Shown here one piece after another: positions 1 through 10,402 of a stretch of 64,000 nt of DNA. Numbering within the stretch: position 1 is the stretch's first letter; every line of letters begins with the position of its first letter. A program made the translations under genes and the position numbers. The DNA is taken from NCBI GenBank assembly GCA_015222055.1, contig JADFUR010000116.1:93658-157657 (forward strand), read 5' to 3'. The notes under the pieces are model-generated. The model saw only the letters and a list, made by a program, of their open reading frames with translations, was not told the DNA's origin and did no database searches. This DNA is from Bacteroidota bacterium (GTDB lineage Bacteria > Bacteroidota > Bacteroidia > Bacteroidales > B39-G9).

Positions 1-23
1 AGATTTTAAATAAATAAAGCGGG

Positions 24-1472
24 ATGTTAAAACAGAAATTACAACAGAAGTTATTACAAAAGCTATCGCCACAACAAATACAGATGATTAAATTGTTGGA
101 AGTGCCAACAATGCAATTAGAACAACGCATAAAAAAAGAAATTGAAGAAAATCCAGCTCTTGAAGAAGGTAGTGATAAGGATGATTTATTAGGAAACGAT
201 AATGATGACGAAAATTTTGACGATGATAAAGAAAAAGACGAATTCACTCTTGATGATTATTTAAACGAAGAAGATACACCAACTTATAAATTGTCAGAGA
301 ACAATTACTCAAAAAATGATGAGATAAAAGAAATTTTATTTTCAGCAGGTTTAAGCTTTCAAGAGTATTTACTTAGTCAGCTCGGAGTTCTTTTTTTAAC
401 AGAGCAAAAAACGCAATTAGCAGAATATGTAATTGGCAACATTGACGAAGACGGATATCTACATCGTGAGCTTGCTGCAATTGTTGATGATTTGGCTTTT
501 TCGCAAAATATTTTTACTACCAAAGAGAAATTAACAGAAATTGTTAAAATAATTCAAACACTTGACCCTCCGGGAGTGGCTGCAAAAAATTTAAAAGAGT
601 GTTTATTGTTGCAGATTAACAGGAAAGATACTTTAGTGAACGAAATTAATAATGCTAAAAGAATTCTTAAAATAACTTTTGAGGAATTTACCAAGAAACA
701 TTATGATAAAATAATTTCGAAATTAAATATTACTGAAGACGAGTTAAAGAAGGCAATAGCCGAGATTTTGAAATTAAATCCTAAACCGGGAAGTTCTTTT
801 TCTGAGCAGGAAATAAAATCTTTTCAAACAATAATTCCTGATTTTACAGTAGATAATATTGATGGGCATTTAACACTTACTTTGAATTCCCAAAACATGC
901 CGGAACTGCATGTTAGCAATGGTTATAAAAATATGATTGTTGACTATAGTAAATCAAAACCCTCAAAACAACAAAAAAACGCACTCGTTTTTGTGAAACA
1001 AAAACTTGATTCTGCAAAATGGTTTATTGATGCAATCAAACAACGCCAAAACACGTTGTTAAACACAATGAATTCAATTATTGAATACCAATATGATTTT
1101 TTTCTTACTAATGATGAGTACAACTTAAAACCAATGATACTTAAAGATATTGCTGAAAAAATTGATTTAGATATTTCAACAATTTCTCGTGTAGTTAACA
1201 GTAAATACGTGCAAACAGAATTTGGTATTTTTTCATTAAAATCATTTTTTTCCGAAAGTATGACAACAACAAGCGGGGAAGAAGTCTCGTCGAGAGAAAT
1301 AAAACAAATATTACAGGAATGTGTTGATAATGAGGATAAAAAAAAGCCTTTAACGGATGAGAAATTAACTGCAATTCTTCAAAAAAAAGGATATAAAATT
1401 GCACGCAGAACAGTTGCCAAATATCGTGAACAATTAAATATTCGTGTAGGACGATTAAGAAAAGAACTGTAA
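24..1472 (+). CDS. rpoN: RNA polymerase sigma-54 factor
   Basis: Gln/Leu-rich region I at the N-terminus (LKQKLQQKLLQKLSPQQIQ), then an acidic region II. C-terminal HTH and RpoN box (ARRTVAKYRE). Length 482 aa. Confidence 0.95.
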   Translation: MLKQKLQQKLLQKLSPQQIQMIKLLEVPTMQLEQRIKKEIEENPALEEGSDKDDLLGNDNDDENFDDDKEKDEFTLDDYLNEEDTPTYKLSENNYSKNDEIKEILFSAGLSFQEYLLSQLGVLFLTEQKTQLAEYVIGNIDEDGYLHRELAAIVDDLAFSQNIFTTKEKLTEIVKIIQTLDPPGVAAKNLKECLLLQINRKDTLVNEINNAKRILKITFEEFTKKHYDKIISKLNITEDELKKAIAEILKLNPKPGSSFSEQEIKSFQTIIPDFTVDNIDGHLTLTLNSQNMPELHVSNGYKNMIVDYSKSKPSKQQKNALVFVKQKLDSAKWFIDAIKQRQNTLLNTMNSIIEYQYDFFLTNDEYNLKPMILKDIAEKIDLDISTISRVVNSKYVQTEFGIFSLKSFFSESMTTTSGEEVSSREIKQILQECVDNEDKKKPLTDEKLTAILQKKGYKIARRTVAKYREQLNIRVGRLRKEL

Positions 1473-1573
1473 AAATGCGATTATTTTTTTTACATTGATA
1501 ATTAAAAAACAGGAAACAGTTTAGTTTGCTTATAAATTAAACAAGAGAATGAATTTTAAAAACACATAATAAT

Positions 1574-2341
1574 ATGATTGGAAGAACATCAAATCCTGCA
1601 TTAAATAAAAACACCTTTAAAAATTTTGCTTATGCAAATGACCAAACCGACGTAATGTCATTTACAGGTGCAATAAATAAAACAGCTATTATGCTTTTGT
1701 TAGTGGTGCTGGGTGCAATGTATACTTGGAAAGTGTTTTTTAGTTCTTTTAATCCAGAATCTGGAATTTCTGCAGTAATGACATGGATTGCAGTTGGTGG
1801 TATTGGAGGATTTGTTGTGTCATTACTAACAATTTTTAATAAGAAAAATGCAGGAATTTTTGCACCAATATATGCAGTTTTAGAAGGACTTTTTCTTGGA
1901 GGGATATCTGCTATTTTTGAAGCAAGCTACCCTGGAATTGTGTTGCGTGCAGTAGCACTAACATTTTCTGTTCTTTTTATAATGTTGTTTTTATACAGAA
2001 CAAAAATGATAAAACCAACAGAAAAATTTAAAATGGGTGTTATCTCGGCAACGGGAGGAATAGTAATAATGTATTTTTTATCATTCATATTTAGACTTTT
2101 TGGTGCAAACATGTCATTTTTATATGGCAATAGTTTTTTTAGTATTGGCATTAGTATTTTTGTTGTTGTTATTGCCGCACTAAATTTGGTTTTAGATTTT
2201 GATTTTATTGAACAAGGAGTTAATTATAAAGTTCCAAAGTATATGGAGTGGTATTCAGCTTTTGGAATTACTGTTACATTAGTTTGGCTTTATATTGAAA
2301 TACTTAACTTGCTTTTAAAACTATCAAGCAGGTCAAGGTAA
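1574..2341 (+). CDS. Bax inhibitor-1/YccA-like integral membrane protein
   Basis: 255 aa with about 7 predicted hydrophobic helices. N-terminal SNPAL segment as in Bacteroidota BI-1/YccA-like proteins. Family assignment is from recollection only. Confidence 0.5.
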   Translation: MIGRTSNPALNKNTFKNFAYANDQTDVMSFTGAINKTAIMLLLVVLGAMYTWKVFFSSFNPESGISAVMTWIAVGGIGGFVVSLLTIFNKKNAGIFAPIYAVLEGLFLGGISAIFEASYPGIVLRAVALTFSVLFIMLFLYRTKMIKPTEKFKMGVISATGGIVIMYFLSFIFRLFGANMSFLYGNSFFSIGISIFVVVIAALNLVLDFDFIEQGVNYKVPKYMEWYSAFGITVTLVWLYIEILNLLLKLSSRSR

Positions 2342-2418
2342 AAGTAGTATAGAAGTTTGTAATCACGAAACAAAAAATTAAATTTACCGTTTAGAATTGT
2401 AAATTGAAAAATTAAAAC

Positions 2419-3618
2419 ATGAAAATATTTGAAGTTAATGACAAAAAGACACGAAGAGAATTTCTTCATACTGCTAAATTAATATACAAAAACGATCCTA
2501 ATTGGGTTCAACCTTTAGATGTTCAGATTGAAGAAATTTTTGATCCAAAAACAAATGTTTTTTTTCAAAATGGTGAGGCTACTCGTTTTCTTTTAAAAGA
2601 TGATAACGGGAAGTTGTTAGGACGTATAGCAGCTTTTATTAATAGAGATAAGGCTTTTGGTTTTGATCAACCAACAGGAGGCTGTGGTTTTTTTGAATGT
2701 GTAAATGATAAAGAAGCAGCTTTTTTACTTTTTGATACTGCTAAAAAATGGCTTGAGAAAAGAGAAATGAAAGCCATGGACGGACCTATTAATTTTGGTG
2801 AAAATGACAATTATTGGGGTTTGTTGGTTGAAGGTTTTACTCAACCAAGCATTGGTATGCAATACAATCCTCCTTATTATAAAGATCTTTTTGAATCATA
2901 CGGTTTTAAATTTTATTTTGAACAAGTAAGTAATAATCTTGATTTAACAAAAAAATTTCCTGCACGATTTTGGAAAATTGCAGAATGGGTGGGTAAAAAA
3001 CCAGAGTATAATTTTGAGCATTTGTCTTTTTCTAATATTGATAAATATATCAATAGTTTTTTAGAAGTATATAAAGACGCTTGGGAATTTCATGAGAATT
3101 TTAAACCTATAAATATTGAAGATGTAAAAGTAAAATTGTCGGACGGGAAAGCTTTTCTTAAAGAAGAATTTATTTGGTTTGCATATCGTGACGGTGAGCC
3201 AATAGCCTTTTTGGTAATGTATCCCGATGTAAACCAGATAATTAAACATCTTGGTGGAAAATTAAATTTATGGAGTAAGATTAAATTTGCATATTTGCAA
3301 AAAAGAAAAACAATAAGCCGTGCTCGTATAGTTATTATGGGTGTTAAACCAAAATATCAACGTTCTGGTATTGAATCGGCAATTTTTTGGCATATGGATA
3401 AAGTATTGAAAAAAAATTCGGAATATACAGATGTCGAATTATCATGGGTTGGCGATTTTAATCCTAAAATGAGAGCTTTACACGAATCTGTAGGTGCAAC
3501 TTTCGCAAAACGACATATTACTTATCGTTGCTTGTTTAGTGAAAATCAAAATTATCGTCGTTCAACAATAATTCCTGTAGACACGAAAGAGAAAGCTATA
3601 AAAAAAGAAAAAAAATAA
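2419..3618 (+). CDS. conserved hypothetical protein, possibly GNAT-like acyltransferase
   Basis: Clean 399-aa ORF with no signal peptide. The C-terminal half (IVIMGVKPKYQRSGIESAIF) resembles the acetyl-CoA binding Q/RxxGxG/A segment of GNAT folds. Confidence 0.4.
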   Translation: MKIFEVNDKKTRREFLHTAKLIYKNDPNWVQPLDVQIEEIFDPKTNVFFQNGEATRFLLKDDNGKLLGRIAAFINRDKAFGFDQPTGGCGFFECVNDKEAAFLLFDTAKKWLEKREMKAMDGPINFGENDNYWGLLVEGFTQPSIGMQYNPPYYKDLFESYGFKFYFEQVSNNLDLTKKFPARFWKIAEWVGKKPEYNFEHLSFSNIDKYINSFLEVYKDAWEFHENFKPINIEDVKVKLSDGKAFLKEEFIWFAYRDGEPIAFLVMYPDVNQIIKHLGGKLNLWSKIKFAYLQKRKTISRARIVIMGVKPKYQRSGIESAIFWHMDKVLKKNSEYTDVELSWVGDFNPKMRALHESVGATFAKRHITYRCLFSENQNYRRSTIIPVDTKEKAIKKEKK

Positions 3619-3630
3619 ACAATATAAATT

Positions 3631-3660
3631 TTTGTTTTTTATAAAAAATATGTACTTTTG
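3631..3660 (+). promoter_or_regulatory. Bacteroidota-type promoter upstream of rpmE2 (-33 TTTG, -7 TAnnTTTG)
   Basis: TTTG at 3631-3634 and TACTTTTG at 3653-3660, separated by 18 nt. About 54 nt upstream of the ATG. Confidence 0.5.
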
Positions 3661-3713
3661 CAGACCAAAATTTGTTATTTGTAAGCGAAAGCTAATAAAA
3701 AGGAAAGAAGATT

Positions 3714-3974
3714 ATGAAAAAAGGAATACATCCAGAAAATTATCGCCTTGTTGCATTTAAAGATATGTCAAACGGGGATACATTTATTACAAAATCTGCT
3801 GGTGACACAAAAGACACCATTGAATTAGAGGGAGTTGAGTATCCTTTAATAAAATTAGAAATTTCTAATACATCTCATCCGTTTTATACTGGAAAGATGA
3901 AATTAGTAGATACCGCTGGACGTGTTGATAAATTTAGAAATAAATATAAAAAATTTTTAGATACGAAGAAGTAA
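3714..3974 (+). CDS. rpmE2: 50S ribosomal protein L31, type B
   Basis: [10 protein letters not shown] start, 86 aa, no CxxC zinc motif. C-terminal [10 protein letters not shown] is typical of type B L31. Confidence 0.93.
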   Translation: MKKGIHPENYRLVAFKDMSNGDTFITKSAGDTKDTIELEGVEYPLIKLEISNTSHPFYTGKMKLVDTAGRVDKFRNKYKKFLDTKK

Positions 3975-3997
3975 CGTATTCTTATTCTATTGAATAG

Positions 3998-4027
3998 AGC
4001 TCCTAATTTTTTAGGGGCTTTTTTTTT
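3998..4027 (+). terminator. rho-independent terminator after rpmE2
   Basis: Stem AGCTCCTAA / TTAGGGGCT (9 bp with one G-U pair), 4-nt loop, then a T-run to 4027. Confidence 0.7.
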
Positions 4028-4080
4028 GCAACGATAAATATGTCATTGTTGTAAGCATTAAATAATCTCATAATAATGTT

Positions 4081-4088
4081 TATATTTG
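4081..4088 (+). promoter_or_regulatory. -7 TAnnTTTG promoter element upstream of lepA
   Basis: TATATTTG, 14 nt before ATG 4102. Confidence 0.4.
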
Positions 4089-4101
4089 TGATGTTAAAGA
4101 G

Positions 4102-5895
4102 ATGAAGATGGAAAATATTAGAAATTTTTGCGTAATTGCACATATAGATCACGGCAAAAGCACTTTGGCCGATCGTATGTTGGAATATACAAATACTGTT
4201 TCTGCACGAGATTTGCATGCACAAGTGCTTGACGACATGGATTTGGAGAGAGAACGTGGTATTACTATTAAAAGCCATGCAATACAAATGGAATATGAAT
4301 TTAATAAAAACACATATAAATTAAATTTAATTGACACACCAGGACACGTTGATTTTTCTTACGAAGTTTCTCGTTCTATTGCTGCTTGCGAAGGTGCCTT
4401 GCTTGTTGTTGATGCTACACAGGGTATTCAAGCTCAAACCATTTCAAATTTGTATCTTGCTATAGAAAATAATTTAGAAGTAATACCGGTTATAAATAAA
4501 ATGGATTTGGCAAATGCCATGCCTGACGAAGTTAAAGATCAAATTGTTGACCTGCTGGGTTGCGATAGAGATGATATAATTGAAGCTAGCGGAAAAACAG
4601 GATTGGGCGTTGAGAGAATATTATCTGATATTATTAATAAAGTTCCTTCACCAGTAGGAGATAATACAGCTCCTCTTCAAGCTTTAATTTTCGATTCTGT
4701 TTTTAATTCTTTTCGAGGTATTATTGCTTATTTTAAAATTATAAACGGTGAACTACGCACTAACGATTTTGTGAAATTTGTAAACACTAAAAAAGAGTAT
4801 CATGCCGACGAGATTGGAATATTAAAACTAGAATTATCACCAAGAAAAATACTAAAAGCCGGTGATGTTGGATATATCATATCAGGAGTAAAAACATCAC
4901 GTGAAGTTAAAGTTGGAGATACAATTACTCATGTTGATAATCCTTGCGAAAAAGCAATTGATGGTTTTGAAGATGTTAAACCTATGGTTTATGCAGGAGT
5001 TTACCCTGTTGATGCCGACGATTATGAAGAGCTTAGAGCATCAATGGATAAGTTGCAGTTAAACGACGCTTCATTAACGTTTGAACCGGAATCGTCAGTA
5101 GCTTTAGGTTTTGGTTTTAGATGTGGTTTTCTTGGTTTATTACATATGGAGATTATTCAAGAACGTTTAGAACGTGAGTTTAATATGAATGTAATTTCTA
5201 CCGTGCCTAATGTTTCGTATAAAGCGTTTACAACAAAAAATGGAGTTGTTGACGTTCATAATCCTTCTGGTTTACCTGACCCAAATTATCTCGAACATAT
5301 TGAAGAGCCGTATATTAAAGCTCAGATTATTTCAAAAGCTGATTATGTAGGTCAGATAATGACTCTCTGTATTGATAAAAGAGGGGTGCTAAAAAATCAA
5401 GTTTATCTCGCAGGAAACAGAGTAGAGATAACTTTTGAAATGCCCTTGGGCGAAATAGTTTTTGATTTTTACGATAAATTAAAAAGCATATCAAAAGGTT
5501 ATGCCTCGTTTGATTATTATCAAACAGGTTACAAGCGTGCTAATTTAGTTCGTTTAGACATTCTTTTAAACGGAGAGCCGGTAGATGCCTTATCAACTTT
5601 AATTCATAAAGATAATGCCTACGTTTTTGGCAAAAAGATGTGTAGCAAACTTAAAGAATTAATACCCCGTCATCAGTTTGATGTCGCAATTCAAGCTGCA
5701 ATAGGAGCAAAAATTATTTCTCGCGAAACAGTTAAAGCTGTCCGTAAAGATGTGACAGCAAAATGTTATGGAGGTGATATTACTCGAAAACGAAAACTCC
5801 TCGAGAAACAAAAGAAAGGGAAAAAAAGAATGAGACAAGTTGGAAATGTTGAAGTTCCACAAAAAGCATTTTTAGCTGTCTTAAAGTTAGATTAG
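4102..5895 (+). CDS. lepA: translation elongation factor 4
   Basis: GTPase motifs [14 protein letters not shown] and NKMD. LepA-specific C-terminal domain ([18 protein letters not shown]). 597 aa. Confidence 0.97.
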   Translation: MKMENIRNFCVIAHIDHGKSTLADRMLEYTNTVSARDLHAQVLDDMDLERERGITIKSHAIQMEYEFNKNTYKLNLIDTPGHVDFSYEVSRSIAACEGALLVVDATQGIQAQTISNLYLAIENNLEVIPVINKMDLANAMPDEVKDQIVDLLGCDRDDIIEASGKTGLGVERILSDIINKVPSPVGDNTAPLQALIFDSVFNSFRGIIAYFKIINGELRTNDFVKFVNTKKEYHADEIGILKLELSPRKILKAGDVGYIISGVKTSREVKVGDTITHVDNPCEKAIDGFEDVKPMVYAGVYPVDADDYEELRASMDKLQLNDASLTFEPESSVALGFGFRCGFLGLLHMEIIQERLEREFNMNVISTVPNVSYKAFTTKNGVVDVHNPSGLPDPNYLEHIEEPYIKAQIISKADYVGQIMTLCIDKRGVLKNQVYLAGNRVEITFEMPLGEIVFDFYDKLKSISKGYASFDYYQTGYKRANLVRLDILLNGEPVDALSTLIHKDNAYVFGKKMCSKLKELIPRHQFDVAIQAAIGAKIISRETVKAVRKDVTAKCYGGDITRKRKLLEKQKKGKKRMRQVGNVEVPQKAFLAVLKLD

Positions 5896-5949
5896 TGTAT
5901 GTAAAATTGCGTTTGAGATTAAAAAGAATATAAGTTTTGATAAAAAAAA

Positions 5950-5985
5950 GACCTCAAAAAGTATAAAATTTTGAAGTCCTTTTTA
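5950..5985. terminator. bidirectional terminator hairpin between lepA and the oxidoreductase gene
   Basis: GACCTCAAAA / TTTTGAAGTC (one mismatch), flanked by an A-run upstream and a T-run downstream. It lies between convergent genes. Confidence 0.6.
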
Positions 5986-6004
5986 ATATATAAAAAAAAT
6001 TATT

Positions 6005-7369
6005 TTAGAATTGTCGTTTTAATTTTTTTGCAACAACTTCGGTGGCTTTAATTAATGGATAAGCAGCAGGAGAACCTGTAAGCAATGGATGAGTGCCAAT
6101 TTGAGCAGACAATAAAGCTTTTATGTTTGTATGATTTTGGATTAAAAATCCTATAGAATTTGTTAATTCTCCAACACTACAACCACCATAAACTTCTCCG
6201 CCTAAAATCATACCACAATCAGCGGCAACTATTAGTTTTACCGTTTGTTCGTGCATATTTTCAAGTGTACCTGGGTGTTTGTCCATTCCGGTGAAACTAC
6301 CAACTACAACACTGAAATTTTCTGCTTTTGCTTTAGATTCAATAATACCGGCAGTACCAAAAGCGGTTTTACCAATAGCTGTATCATAAATTGCAATAGT
6401 TCCGCTAAAAGATTTACAAGGACTTAACTCGTATAAGCTCATACCTGCAACTCTGGCTTCAGCACATGCAGTTGATGCAAGCATAGTAGCACATAGTTTT
6501 CTGGTTAAGAAATCTCTTTTTTCAGCACAATCACCAACTGCAAAAATATCGTTGGAACAATCATCAACACGCATGTATTCACAAGTTTTGATAAATCCGT
6601 ATTTGTTTAATTCCAGACCAGATTTTTTTGCCAGTTCAGTATTTGGGGCATAGCCCATTGAAAGAACAACTGCATCAGCCTTAAGCTCTTCTCCTGTGGT
6701 TAATATTACTTTTTCAACTTTTCCGTCTTTCCCAATAATTTCTTTTACACCTTTACCTGTAATAACTTTAACGCCACGTGATTTTAATAAGTCTTCGGCT
6801 TTGTCACCAAATTCTTTATCAAAAGCTCTGTTTAATATAGAAGATTCAATTTCGACAAGAGTAACGTCTCTGCCAGCTTTATTTAATTCATCAGACATTT
6901 CTACTCCGATAAACCCTGCTCCAATTGTAATGATTTTTTTTAAATCTTTTAATTTGGTATACATTACATCCAGATAATGCTTATCTTTTGGAATAGTAAA
7001 CACGTTTTCTAAATCACCACCTTTAAGCCATTTAGGAATTGTAGGGATTGAACCTGTAGCAAAAATTAATTTTTCAAAATAAAGTTTTGTTTTATTAGAT
7101 AAATTACAAATATTGTTTTTTATATCAACACTTGTAACTTCTGCAATTTTTATTTCAACACCAACATTAGTCAACATTTTGTCAGGTAAAACATTTTTAT
7201 CTGTTGAGTGTAAAGAACCAAAGATGTATGGTATTCCACAAGGAACCAATACTTTTTCTTCTTTTCTGACAACAACTACTGATTTGTCAGGATTGTTTGT
7301 TTTTGCACTAATAGCAGCCTGAAGTCCAGATGCTCCACCGCCGATAACTAAGACATTAATTTTTTCCAT
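6005..7369 (-). CDS. FAD-dependent pyridine nucleotide-disulfide oxidoreductase (NADH oxidase/CoA-disulfide reductase-like)
   Basis: FAD fold VLVIGGGASGLQAA and a second dinucleotide fold ITIGAGFIGVE. Single redox Cys in VPCGIPY, as in the Nox/Npx/CoADR family. I prefer the ATG at 7369 (MEKINVLVIGGG) over the longer ORF-track start at 7411. Confidence 0.8.
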   Translation of the reverse strand: MEKINVLVIGGGASGLQAAISAKTNNPDKSVVVVRKEEKVLVPCGIPYIFGSLHSTDKNVLPDKMLTNVGVEIKIAEVTSVDIKNNICNLSNKTKLYFEKLIFATGSIPTIPKWLKGGDLENVFTIPKDKHYLDVMYTKLKDLKKIITIGAGFIGVEMSDELNKAGRDVTLVEIESSILNRAFDKEFGDKAEDLLKSRGVKVITGKGVKEIIGKDGKVEKVILTTGEELKADAVVLSMGYAPNTELAKKSGLELNKYGFIKTCEYMRVDDCSNDIFAVGDCAEKRDFLTRKLCATMLASTACAEARVAGMSLYELSPCKSFSGTIAIYDTAIGKTAFGTAGIIESKAKAENFSVVVGSFTGMDKHPGTLENMHEQTVKLIVAADCGMILGGEVYGGCSVGELTNSIGFLIQNHTNIKALLSAQIGTHPLLTGSPAAYPLIKATEVVAKKLKRQF

Positions 7370-7455
7370 ATTTTTATAGATATTTAATAATTTGATTATA
7401 AAGATATGCAAATATAATAATTTATAACTAAGTTAAAATTTTTTATTCTAAGATG

Positions 7456-8373
7456 TTATTTTGTGTTTTTTTTTGTTAACGATTTAAATATTTCATTCAT
7501 TTCTATTTTTATTGTGTTAATTTCATTCATTTTTGAATCTAGAGAATCGTTAAACGAGGAGATTTGTTGTTTGAGGTGGGATACTTGGATATCGATTAAA
7601 TTTATTTTTTCGTTTTCGTTTGATTTGTCTTTTAAGTTGACAATTTTTTCTTTCACAAATGTCAATAAATCATACAGATAGCTTTCAACATTTTTTTCAA
7701 TCTCAAGACTTTTATTTAATTCTTGGTATATAAAATTAATATCAATTTTTAAATCATTTTCGGTAACAGAAGAAACCATATCGTTAAAGTAATTAACATA
7801 TTGCAGAAATGGTTTTTGTAAAATTTGTGGCATATTATATACCTGCATAACAATTTTTGAGGCTTCGCTTTTCCTTTTTTCAGCTATTAAGAAATGCATT
7901 GTAGCATATAAGCCACGCTTAATAATTTTTTGAGGAGGAAACTCGAAATTATTTTCTTCAAGAAACAATTCTTTTATACTAAGGAGATTAATGAATTCAA
8001 TTGGTAGCTTTTTTAATTTACAATAACTGGCATCAAACGATTTTAGATTTACTAAATGTCCAATTTCAGAAGGTATGTAAGTTATTCTGTTGTTACTAAT
8101 GTCAACAAGTGTTAATTTTGTTAGGTTGCCGAGTTCTATAGGAAGATCGTATATTTCATTTTTTGTTAACAATAATATTTTAAGATTGTTTAGATTTCCA
8201 ATCTCACGAGGTATTTTTTTTAAATAGTTATAGCTTAAGTCAAGGTTCTCAAGATGTGGTAAATTACCTATTTCAGAAGGTAATATTGTTATGTCATTAT
8301 TTGATAGGTCTAAAATTTTCGCCTTTTTTAATCTGGCAGTTTCAATTATTTTTAAAACATCTTGTTTTTCCAT
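7456..8373 (-). CDS. leucine-rich repeat protein with coiled-coil-like C-terminal half
   Basis: Five to six consecutive 23-residue LxxLxLxxNxLxxLPxEIGxLxx repeats (residues ~20-150). The Lys/Glu/Asn-rich C-terminal half is probably helical. No signal peptide and no T9SS C-terminal domain. Confidence 0.8.
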   Translation of the reverse strand: MEKQDVLKIIETARLKKAKILDLSNNDITILPSEIGNLPHLENLDLSYNYLKKIPREIGNLNNLKILLLTKNEIYDLPIELGNLTKLTLVDISNNRITYIPSEIGHLVNLKSFDASYCKLKKLPIEFINLLSIKELFLEENNFEFPPQKIIKRGLYATMHFLIAEKRKSEASKIVMQVYNMPQILQKPFLQYVNYFNDMVSSVTENDLKIDINFIYQELNKSLEIEKNVESYLYDLLTFVKEKIVNLKDKSNENEKINLIDIQVSHLKQQISSFNDSLDSKMNEINTIKIEMNEIFKSLTKKNTK

Positions 8374-8500
8374 AAAAAAGAGTTTCGATAAATATACGAA
8401 ATAATAATCAATTAGTTATTATTTAAAAAATATGAGAGAAATTTTTTTGGCTCAGAAAATAATTATTTAAACAAAATTAATATTGTTTAAATTAAATAAT

Positions 8501-8508
8501 TATTTTTG
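8501..8508 (+). promoter_or_regulatory. -7 TAnnTTTG promoter element upstream of rsgA
   Basis: TATTTTTG, 22 nt before the TTG start at 8530. Confidence 0.4.
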
Positions 8509-8529
8509 TATTAAATCAATTCTATAAAA

Positions 8530-9468
8530 TTGGAAGGCTTAATAATAAAATCAACCGGTAGTAATTATCTTGTTAAAGATAAAAACAACAATAAATTTGA
8601 ATGCAAGATAAAAGGTAAATTTCGAATTAAGGGAATTAGAAGTACTAATCCTCTTGCTGTAGGTGATAATGTTGATTTTGTTATGCCTGAAAATGAGCAG
8701 CTTGGTTTTATCACTAATATTCACGATAGAAAAAATTATATAATTAGAAAGTCGATTAATTTGTCGAAAAGAAGTCATATAATTGCGGCTAATATTGATT
8801 CCGCTTTTTTAATTGTTACTTTAATTTCTCCAAAAACCTCAACCGAATTTATCGACCGGTATTTAGTGTCTGCACAGGCATACAATATACCTGTAAACAT
8901 TGTTTTTAATAAGATTGACCTTTATGATAATGAAACTTTGGAAAAATTGAAAGATCTTAAAAGCACATATGAAAAAATAGGCTATAATTGTATTGAGACA
9001 TCAGCTATAAAAAATATTAATATTCAGAAAATTAAAGATTTATTAAAAAATAAGATAAATGTAATATCTGGACATTCTGGTGTTGGTAAGTCAACTTTAA
9101 TTAATTCTGTAGATAATAAATTAAACCTTAAAACTTCTGAAATATCTGATTCTCATAACTCAGGGAAACATACAACAACTGCATCCGAAATGTATGAGAT
9201 TAATAATGGAGGTTATATTATTGACACTCCGGGGATTAAGGGTTTTGGAATTATTGATATGGATAAAGAAGAAATATATCATTTTTTTCCCGAGATATTT
9301 AAATTGTCCAAAGATTGTCAGTATTACAATTGCACCCATGTCCACGAACCAAATTGTGCTGTAAAAAAAGCTGTTGAAAATGGTGAGATTAGTCAATCAA
9401 GGTATAAAAGTTATTTAAGCCTAATGATTGATGATGACGATAATAAATATAGACAAACAGGTTATTAG
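8530..9468 (+). CDS. rsgA: ribosome small-subunit-dependent GTPase A
   Basis: Circularly permuted GTPase: NKIDL, then GHSGVGKSTLIN and DTPG. C-terminal zinc knuckle CQYYNCTHVHEPNCAV. TTG start. Confidence 0.93.
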   Translation: MEGLIIKSTGSNYLVKDKNNNKFECKIKGKFRIKGIRSTNPLAVGDNVDFVMPENEQLGFITNIHDRKNYIIRKSINLSKRSHIIAANIDSAFLIVTLISPKTSTEFIDRYLVSAQAYNIPVNIVFNKIDLYDNETLEKLKDLKSTYEKIGYNCIETSAIKNINIQKIKDLLKNKINVISGHSGVGKSTLINSVDNKLNLKTSEISDSHNSGKHTTTASEMYEINNGGYIIDTPGIKGFGIIDMDKEEIYHFFPEIFKLSKDCQYYNCTHVHEPNCAVKKAVENGEISQSRYKSYLSLMIDDDDNKYRQTGY

Positions 9469-9662
9469 AATATAACTAGTGCTTGCAAGAAACGCTAAAA
9501 CATAGAATATTTATGCAATACAGTTTATTTTGCGACTTGAATATATTGTTAAATTGTTATTCCCATTATTACTTGTGTTTTAACAATTTGAGGGAAATAT
9601 TAAATAATTTTCGTTTTTTAATATCCATAATAGATTACAGTATTTTTTTTCAAACAATAACT

Positions 9663-10373
9663 ATGATAAAGATTTTACTTATATACTTAATTTTATTTTT
9701 ATCTGTAAATGTCTATTCACAAAAAAAGGATACAATAAATAAGAATACGCTGATAACTAAAAACGAAATAATCCCAATCAGTTTAATAACAGCCGGCAGT
9801 ATTTTAAATTTTGGAAATAGAAAATATGATTTCCAATCTTATATTAAAAAAACAAACACAAATGTCGATGATTATATTCAATATGCACCAACAGGAATAA
9901 TGTACATTTCCGATGCCATTGGAATAAAACATAAAAATACGGCATTTAACCAAACAAAATATTTGTTTTTATCGGAACTTAGTGCAGGCTTAATAGTTCT
10001 TTTTTTAAAAAACATATCAAATATTGAGAGTCCTAATAAAGAGAACTATTCTTTTCCTTCGGGGCATACAACACAATCATTCGTTGGAGCAACAACACTT
10101 TATAATGAATTTAAAGATTATAATAAATTAATTGCTTATAGTGGATATTTTTTTTCTTCCGCAACAGGCATCTTGAGAATCACTAACAACAAACATTGGA
10201 TTTCGGATGTGTTATGTGGTGCAGGAATTGGAATAATTATAACAAACGTTATTTATAAGTTAGAGCCTTTAAAAAATTGGAATCCTTTTAAACAGAAACA
10301 AAATTTAAGCTTTTATCCTAACTACAACTATTTTAATCAAAATATTTCATTGACTGTTAAAATTATTTTATAA
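9663..10373 (+). CDS. PAP2-family phosphatase (membrane)
   Basis: PAP2 motifs SFPSGHT and NNKHWISDVLCGAGIG. The ATG at 9663 gives a signal/TM start MIKILLIYLILFLSVNVYSQ. The 60-codon upstream extension in the ORF track looks non-coding. Confidence 0.8.
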   Translation: MIKILLIYLILFLSVNVYSQKKDTINKNTLITKNEIIPISLITAGSILNFGNRKYDFQSYIKKTNTNVDDYIQYAPTGIMYISDAIGIKHKNTAFNQTKYLFLSELSAGLIVLFLKNISNIESPNKENYSFPSGHTTQSFVGATTLYNEFKDYNKLIAYSGYFFSSATGILRITNNKHWISDVLCGAGIGIIITNVIYKLEPLKNWNPFKQKQNLSFYPNYNYFNQNISLTVKIIL

Positions 10374-10402
10374 AACGAAACACCAATTTAAAAAATAATA
10401 AA

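Noticed and set aside
9483-9662. N-terminal extensions proposed by the ORF track for the PAP2 gene (9483), rfbB (35986, overlapping galE) and the oxidoreductase (7411).
   Set aside because: The extensions translate to implausible sequence. Internal ATGs give canonical starts: a signal peptide MIKILLIY for PAP2, MSKTILITGGAGFIGSH for rfbB, and MEKINVLVIGGG for the oxidoreductase.
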